A stretch of 64,000 bases of DNA from Dehalococcoidia bacterium. GTDB taxonomy: Bacteria; Chloroflexota; Dehalococcoidia; Lucifugimonadales; JADFKI01. The stretch spans positions 9 through 64,008 of the forward strand of contig CBDDBQ010000001.1 in NCBI GenBank assembly GCA_965225795.1. The letters are read 5' to 3'. Below the pieces are notes generated by a model. It had not been told where the DNA came from and did no database searches. It saw nothing but the letters and a program-made list of their open reading frames with translations. This document shows, piece by piece, positions 58,671 to 64,000 of the stretch (position 1 is its first letter; each line of letters begins with the position of its first letter). Both the position numbers and the translations under genes were made by a program.

Positions 58671-59357
58671 ATGCAAACTGATTCTGAACTCCAGTCGAAA
58701 GCGAGTGCCCTTGCACTCGAAACCGACCGTCAAGTAAAGGCACTCCCGAAAGCCAAAACGCTTGAGATGCGGTCTGTGAGTCGCGCCCTAGCGCTGCAAC
58801 TGCGCGATGATCCGCCGCAATTGGTGGTGGCCCTTTCCTTGCAGCTTCTGCGCATGGGCTACAGGTTGATCGCCCATGAACTGATCGCGTGGCACAAAGG
58901 GGCCTTGCAATCACTCGACATCGAGTCGGTCGAAATGCTCGCGGGTGATTTGGATAGCTGGCACTCGGTAGATGTTTTTTGTATCTGTGTCGCTGGTCCC
59001 TGCTGGCGAGAGGGGCAGATTTCTGACCAGGACATCGCCCGTTGGGCAAAGGACGGGAGCCCGTGGTGGCGAAGATCCGCGCTCGTTGCCACAACCTCGC
59101 TGACGGTACGTGCGAGGAACGGCTATGGAGATTCCGACAGGACCCTTGCGGTGGCACGAATGCTGATCAAGGATCGTCACAATACGGTGGTGAAGGCGCT
59201 GTCCTGGGCGCTGAGGGAGTTGGTGCTCTGGGAGCCAGATCGGGTCGAAGCCTTTCTCGAAGAACATTGGGATTCTCTGGCGGCGCGAGTGCGTCGCGAA
59301 GTACGTAACAAGCTGGATACCGGATTGAAGAACCCTAAAGTGAAGGTGACGGGATGA
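58671..59357 (+). CDS. DNA alkylation repair protein (AlkD-like HEAT-repeat family)
   Basis: WHSVDVFCICVAG, GSPWWRRSALVATT and KALSWALREL follow the DNA_alkylation family pattern. Confidence 0.75.
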   Translation: MQTDSELQSKASALALETDRQVKALPKAKTLEMRSVSRALALQLRDDPPQLVVALSLQLLRMGYRLIAHELIAWHKGALQSLDIESVEMLAGDLDSWHSVDVFCICVAGPCWREGQISDQDIARWAKDGSPWWRRSALVATTSLTVRARNGYGDSDRTLAVARMLIKDRHNTVVKALSWALRELVLWEPDRVEAFLEEHWDSLAARVRREVRNKLDTGLKNPKVKVTG

Positions 59358-59366
59358 CCGGTGGCG

Positions 59367-59390
59367 GGCGAGGCATGGCCTCGCCCCTAC
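59367..59390 (-). repeat. REP element, canonical copy
   Basis: GGCGAGGCATGGCCTCGCCCCTAC; the full 25-mer GGGCGAGGCATGGCCTCGCCCCTAC starts at 59366. Confidence 0.8.
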
Positions 59391-59531
59391 AGCCGTTCTT
59401 GTCATTCTCGGCGTTGATCACGCCGACGCCGTCGTTGCGTGTGACAACCTTGCTGTGATGGACACCCGTGGGCGCCACGCGCGTGGCCCGCAAACCGTCC
59501 GTTTCGGGAACAACGGGCCGAACAGACGAAT

Positions 59532-59555
59532 GTAGGGGCGCCGCATGCGGCGTCC
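59532..59555 (+). repeat. REP element variant
   Basis: GTAGGGGCGCCGCATGCGGCGTCC. Confidence 0.7.
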
Positions 59556-59627
59556 GCGAACACTGGTGACGGGATTAACACAGACGGACCCGCCATGGTG
59601 AGCCCCTACGACCGTCCTTTTCATACG

Positions 59628-59653
59628 GTAGGGGCGAGGCCATGCCTCGCCCG
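59628..59653 (+). repeat. REP element, canonical copy in plus orientation
   Basis: GTAGGGGCGAGGCCATGCCTCGCCCG. Confidence 0.8.
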
Positions 59654-59702
59654 TGGTCAATCACGGCGACAGGCCTGCCGCGGCCGAGCCCGTAGTCGGT
59701 CC

Positions 59703-60489
59703 CTAACGAGCTTCCGCGGAGAGTTCGCGAAAGTCTCTTTCCCTGTCGCGGAGCGTCTCGCCAAATCTTTCAAGCTGAGCCTCGCTCATTGAGGCAAGCA
59801 AGGCGACAAGCATTTCTCTGGATAGCGCCTCATTGCGCGCCTGAGCTTCGATTAGCGCTTCGCTGTAGTAAGGATCTTGCGGGCCGAAGATGCGCTCGAG
59901 CCCGGGTTCGAAGGCCTCCTTGTTGCGCCGCTCCCTTAGAAGCGACAAGAACTCTCGCTGCCAGCGCAGGCCGTACTCATGCCAGAGTTCCGGAACGGCT
60001 CTGTACCGTTCGGCGGCGGTGATAAGGACTTGTCGTTGCTGCGATCCTAGTCGACCGGTGAAGTTCTCCAATAGGCTCTGGAAGTTTTTTCGCCACCTGC
60101 GTTGACGCTCTTCAGGGGTTCGCTTCTCGATGCGCTTTTCCTGCTTGGCATTCTCCTTCTCGAAGACTTCTGCAATATGAGTTAGCTGGGAATCCTCCAG
60201 GCTTCGCAGCAGCTCCACCGCAGCGGGCATGCCTCTTGTTTCCACGCGAAGCCACCAGCCCTGTAAGGTGCCGAGCGCGAGATCTATTTCTTCTCCCGTG
60301 ATGCCATCGCCAGAGTTTGGCGAACTCCTGTCCAAAGTAGGCCTCTTGCTCTTGGGTCAAGTCGATATAGGTGCCGAGTTCAACTCGCGCTATGGAGTCC
60401 AAGTTGTTGTACAGGAACTGTACGCCGCAGGCTGACAGGCTGAGGGCTAGGGCGAGCAGCAGAATGAGGCGCGCAGGATTGACGGGCAT
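59703..60489 (-). pseudogene. Lipoprotein (DUF6279-like), apparent frameshift near 60295..60300
   Basis: The N-terminal piece has lipobox LSLSACG, then VQFLYNNLDSIARVELGTYIDLTQEQEAYFGQEFAKLWRWH. The remainder is in ORF 59703..60335. The joint lies at a GGG/CCC run. Confidence 0.65.
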
Positions 60490-60515
60490 GACCTGAAGGG
60501 ATGTCGGGTTGCTGG

Positions 60516-60653
60516 TCAAAAGGTAGCTGTGGTCTCGTTGGTCATTCTACTGAGCGCGAGATCTCGACACGATTGGTTGCCATCAGCCATCAAGCTTGCA
60601 AACTCTGTTTTCAAAGCCCGGTCCATTGTTGCGCTGATCGTCGCGGTTTCCAT
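60516..60653 (-). CDS. Possible small ribbon-helix-helix-like protein (45 aa)
   Basis: METATISATMDRALKTEFASLMADGNQSCRDLALSRM fits a strand / helix / G-x-S/T/N turn / helix pattern. It has a weak RBS, and it is the internal ATG of a 78-aa tracked ORF. Confidence 0.25.
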   Translation of the reverse strand: METATISATMDRALKTEFASLMADGNQSCRDLALSRMTNETTATF

Positions 60654-60757
60654 GCTGCGACTCAGAGGATAGCGATTGCCATTAAGCGCTAGCTCTTGTT
60701 CGCGCGGAGCGTCAAACAATGGTCGGTGACTCGACCATCGCATTGCGCCCACTCACT

Positions 60758-63355
60758 CTACCCATCGAATCTCATAGCCTGCCGTAGGGCTTCGTAGCTT
60801 TCTTTCGCAATGCTAGTTTGCGGATGCTCCTGCCCTGTCCGTAGTTCGAAAGACCGGAAGATTTCGTAAGATCTTCGCATCAGCGGCTCGGCTTCGTCGA
60901 GCCTATTCCTAGCCATCAAAAGCAGCGCGAGAGTATTTAGTCCATTCGCCACTGTAGGGTGTTTCTCACCAAAGGCGGCCTCATCGATCTCCAGCGACCT
61001 CCGCGCCATAGATTCGGCCTCCGTGAACCGGTTGGTCTTACGTAGGAGTGTTGCCAAGTTGTTAAGGCTAATCGCCACGGCCGGGTGCTGCTTGCCGTAT
61101 GCGGCCTCGTCGATTTCCAGCGCCCGCCGCATTAATGGTTCGGCCTCCTCGAATCTTTGAGTCTCCGCGAACAAGGTCGCTAAGTTGTTCAAGCTAATCG
61201 CCACTGTAGGATGTTTTCTTCCGCAGGCCACCTCGTTGATTTGTAGGGCCCGCCGCATTAATGGTTCGGCCTCTTCAAACCTTTGCGTCTCCCCGAGTAG
61301 AGTGGCCAAGTTGTTCAGGCGAATTGCCACGACGGGATGGTGCCTTCCAAGGGCGGCCTCGTCCATCTCGAATGCTCTTCGAAACATCGGCTCGGCTTCG
61401 GTGAACATGTTGGTCGCCATTAGAAGACCAGCAAGATTGTTCAAGCGAATCGCAACAACAGGGTCACGCCTTCCGAGTACGGCCTCATTGATTTCAAGCG
61501 CTCGTCGCATCAGAGGCTCGGCCTCTCTGAACCTGTGGATTGCCTGCAGCAACTGGGCCAAGTCGCTTGAAGCCGATGCGATCAAAGTCGAATTGGAGAG
61601 TTCTTGCGCCTCAGCCAGCGCGAGGCGTTGCTGATGCTCACACTCATCCCATCGTGCAAGGCCCATCAGCACCTTCGCGATTTTGAGGCGCTGAATGATG
61701 GTGCGTTCGGAATCTTCTGTGTTGTCCAATGCGTTGAGCAGGAAGGAAAGCCTAGTTTCAGAAAATGTGCGAAGCGTCAGTCCTTCTCCCATCTCCGTCA
61801 TCCGTTTGGCAAACTGCTCAAGCTCACCGCTGCGGTGCAGTTGCCAACACTCGATCATCTCTGCGATTTCTCCAAGATAGTCGGGAGCGGATGGGCTGCT
61901 GGTAACAATTCGGGCAATGGATTGGCTCACGCCATCTCGAGCAAGAGGCGCGGCCTCGAGCACGTAGCTGATCATCTGATCCCCGTCCCCTAGACGCGCT
62001 GAGATCCTTGCCATATCAAACTTCGCTGCCGCCTTTTCGCCTTTTTCGCCGACTTCGCTCAAATAGTCGAGAGCTGTTTCCGCGTCGATGCTGCCGTCCT
62101 CAATGAGCTTCTCGCGCAATTGGCGGCGCTTCTCTTCGCGGTCCTCGATGCTTGGGTAGAACAGCGCGAAGAACTCAAGCAGGAACGGCAGGCGTTTACG
62201 CGCGCCGCGAGAAAGATTCATCGCCAGCCAGATATCAAAGAATCCTTCGCGAATCGTGTAGAGGCGCGAGCGTTTGTCCTGTGGGTGTTCGCTGGCGCGA
62301 AGATAATGCGCATCGGTGAGGCGTTTGAGGAGCGACGAAGTCTCCTGTTGGCTCATGCGCATTTGCGCGGCTATGGCGGCTGGCGTCTTTTCTTGGTCGC
62401 GCATGCTTGCCAGACATTCGAGCAGGGCTCGCTGGCCAGGAGCCAGATCGTTAAGTCGACCTTGATAAAAGGGCGTGATGCGATCCAGGAGAAGGTGGAA
62501 CTGATCCTGCACCTCGGTGACCGACTCGTTGGCGATCATCTCGTAAAGCATCATCGTCAGACGTGGATTGCCGCTCGTCATTTCGTAGAGCGCTTTGAGA
62601 CGAGGACGCGAGTCCTCGAAATTCGTGAGGATGTCTTGGCGCGATTCCCATTCAAGGTTCAACCTGATTACCTGGACCGTTTCTTCAAAGCTCAGATTCT
62701 CAAGAATCTGAATATCGAAGAAATCGTAGAAAGGTTGTTCGACACTAGTGATTGCGTCAAAGTGCAGCGGAGCTGTGGCGATAAGCAGGCATCCGTTGTC
62801 TGCCATAAGAAACTTGCGTAGCGAGGCAAGATCATTCTTGTCGCGGATTTGCCGCGTGAACAACTCGCCAAGGTTTTCGAGCATGACCAGGATTGTCCGA
62901 TTTCGCTCGCGATTCTGTCTCCGGATTGCGGGTACTAGGGTGTCCACGACTTTGGAGTTGTCCTCCTCGGTCTGCACCTTGGCGAGTAATTCTGCCCATA
63001 GCGGCTCGTTCTTGACGGCATCCTTCAGTATTTCGCATAGGCCGATAAGAAAATCGGCGAAAGACAATGTGCGATTTGATTCTTCCGGAAACCGGACAAC
63101 CACCACACCCGTACGGAGAGCTTCATCCGATTGGACTGTGTCTTCAATACGGGACAGCAAATGAGTCTTGCCTATTCCACGCGGACCGATGAACAAGAGA
63201 TGGCGTTTTGATTTTCTGCCCATGGAACCGCGCACGGATTCGATGGCATTGTCGAGGACATGTTCACGCGCGACGCTGGTGTGGCGAAGGCGCTCGGTGC
63301 TCGTCACTCCGGACCGGTACAGTCCGATTTTTGGGTTCAGACTAGGCTCAGGCAT
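60758..63355 (-). CDS. ORC/STAND-like P-loop NTPase with wHTH and C-terminal TPR (TPR_10/12-type) array
   Basis: Walker A FIGPRGIGKTHLL and Walker B-like TILVMLEN. MarR-like wHTH QRALLECLASMRDQEKTPAAIAAQMRMSQQETSSLLKRLTDAHYL. Six 42-aa repeats of type EAEPLMRRALEIDEAAYGKQHPAVAISLNNLATLL. No recognisable effector domain. Confidence 0.85.
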   Translation of the reverse strand: MPEPSLNPKIGLYRSGVTSTERLRHTSVAREHVLDNAIESVRGSMGRKSKRHLLFIGPRGIGKTHLLSRIEDTVQSDEALRTGVVVVRFPEESNRTLSFADFLIGLCEILKDAVKNEPLWAELLAKVQTEEDNSKVVDTLVPAIRRQNRERNRTILVMLENLGELFTRQIRDKNDLASLRKFLMADNGCLLIATAPLHFDAITSVEQPFYDFFDIQILENLSFEETVQVIRLNLEWESRQDILTNFEDSRPRLKALYEMTSGNPRLTMMLYEMIANESVTEVQDQFHLLLDRITPFYQGRLNDLAPGQRALLECLASMRDQEKTPAAIAAQMRMSQQETSSLLKRLTDAHYLRASEHPQDKRSRLYTIREGFFDIWLAMNLSRGARKRLPFLLEFFALFYPSIEDREEKRRQLREKLIEDGSIDAETALDYLSEVGEKGEKAAAKFDMARISARLGDGDQMISYVLEAAPLARDGVSQSIARIVTSSPSAPDYLGEIAEMIECWQLHRSGELEQFAKRMTEMGEGLTLRTFSETRLSFLLNALDNTEDSERTIIQRLKIAKVLMGLARWDECEHQQRLALAEAQELSNSTLIASASSDLAQLLQAIHRFREAEPLMRRALEINEAVLGRRDPVVAIRLNNLAGLLMATNMFTEAEPMFRRAFEMDEAALGRHHPVVAIRLNNLATLLGETQRFEEAEPLMRRALQINEVACGRKHPTVAISLNNLATLFAETQRFEEAEPLMRRALEIDEAAYGKQHPAVAISLNNLATLLRKTNRFTEAESMARRSLEIDEAAFGEKHPTVANGLNTLALLLMARNRLDEAEPLMRRSYEIFRSFELRTGQEHPQTSIAKESYEALRQAMRFDG
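60890..61560 (-). repeat. Tandem 126-bp repeats encoding the TPR array
   Basis: Successive units are clearly similar at the DNA level, for example CGCCGCATTAATGGTTCGGCCTC recurring 126 bp apart at about 61125 and 61251. Confidence 0.75.
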
Positions 63356-64000
63356 AGTATTTCCTCCACCACGACTTTAGAATTCCGCTGGAAAAGTCAT
63401 ACACGCCCGCTTCCGCCTCGACGATGTAGAAGTCATTCTCCAGGTCGAGCATCACCTGGTTGAATATCTGTTTGCGCCTATGGGCCGGGAGGGCGTGGCC
63501 GAGGTCTATGAGCGCCCGGTCCACCTCTTGCAAGAGAAGCTCGCGCCGCAACCCAGACGGGGTGACACTGACCTGCCCTAGCAAGGCGTGGGCGATCAAA
63601 TTCTTTGGATGCGAATAATACTTGTCGATTCGGGAGTAGAAGTGTTGCAGCCGGGTGCGTGCCCCAGAACTGATAATCAGCGCATCGAAGACGGTATCCA
63701 CATCCGCCTCGACGATTGTGCGTTGTTCCTTTTTCCACAATCTGTAAAGGTCTTGCGTCACCATCTGCAAGAAGAGCGGTATAGGACGACCTAGGCGAGC
63801 GGCGAGCCTCGCCGAGACTCCCTCTTCGAGAGCCACCCCTCGCCCTTCGAGCATGCCTTCACAAACACCTCAACGTCATGGTCGGTGAGCAGAGGCAGTG
63901 GATGTCTTCAACATCGTTGATGAGATCCACCAATCCGAGCGCGTCGAGTGTGCCAGCGAGATTGACCGAGCCGCCGAGCAGCCAGCGAATCGAATCTCTT
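63348..64000 (-). pseudogene. Archaeal-type ATPase (PF01637-like) C-terminal part, 5' end outside window, two apparent frameshifts (about 63855 and about 63900)
   Basis: ORF 63348..63854 (GRPIPLFLQMVTQDLYRLW...FYSRIDKYY...ILKSWWRKYYA). Upstream frames read RDSIRWLLGGSVNLAGTLDALGLVDLINDVEDIH / LPLLTDHDVEVFVKA / MLEGRGVALEEG. There is an 8-nt overlap with the downstream STAND-like gene. Confidence 0.65.

Noticed and set aside
60890-61560. Regularly spaced repeats that might suggest a CRISPR array
   Set aside because: The period is 126 bp with no unique spacers. The repeats lie in frame inside a long ORF and encode 42-aa TPR units.

Overview
High-GC (about 60% on hand-counted sample lines) proteobacterial chromosomal segment. 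Gene content (two TonB-dependent receptors, a TPR-sulfotransferase, REP-rich intergenic DNA) suggests a marine gammaproteobacterium; this is inference only. All calls come from reading the supplied translations and the DNA, with no searches run.

Left to right:
- SDR and SnoaL-like genes, a frameshifted DUF4143 ATPase, a secreted jelly-roll-like protein.
- A TPR-sulfotransferase, mobA and fdhD unit.
- yceI and an orphan archaeal-type ATPase, which sit between fdhD-mobA and the NAD-dependent formate dehydrogenase genes fdsGBA.
- Divergent katG/oxyR with an OxyR-type operator.
- A long minus-strand operon: moxR, vwa(CoxE-like), then a five-gene Opp/Dpp-type ABC importer.
- A PPOX-family gene, then two paralogous TonB-dependent receptors flanking comF.
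- MBL hydrolase, ogt and aroA.
- An EF-hand / ECF sigma / anti-sigma / periplasmic metal-sensor cluster.
- greB, a 1-Cys peroxiredoxin and a Cys/Met PLP enzyme.
- Hypothetical plus GNAT pair, a frameshifted Rieske oxygenase, a doubly frameshifted GPH/MFS transporter, and a beta-carbonic anhydrase.
- A very GC-rich IS110-family insertion sequence next to a REP cluster.
- ydbS/ydbT-like bPH genes, a YncB-like oxidoreductase, a SIS protein and an LLM oxidoreductase.
- A GH20 hexosaminidase, DUF885 and kinase cluster, then an AlkD-like gene.
- A lower-GC patch with an overlapping pair of P-loop NTPases: an archaeal-type ATPase and an ORC/STAND-like NTPase-wHTH-TPR protein.

Main second-look items:
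1. The NTPase pair as a candidate uncharacterised sensing or defence module.
2. The unusual moxR-vwa-ABC importer operon, whose permease carries an FN3-like periplasmic insertion.
3. A GTAGGGG-headed REP family, with two REPs expanded into long palindromic elements.
4. Three CTAG-bounded MITE-like palindromes, two of which sit exactly on stop codons.
5. The IS110 element with a 33-bp hairpin, bordering a REP cluster.
6. About 10 frame disruptions in otherwise recognisable genes, which are either sequencing errors or real gene decay.

No rRNA, tRNA or CRISPR array was recognised.
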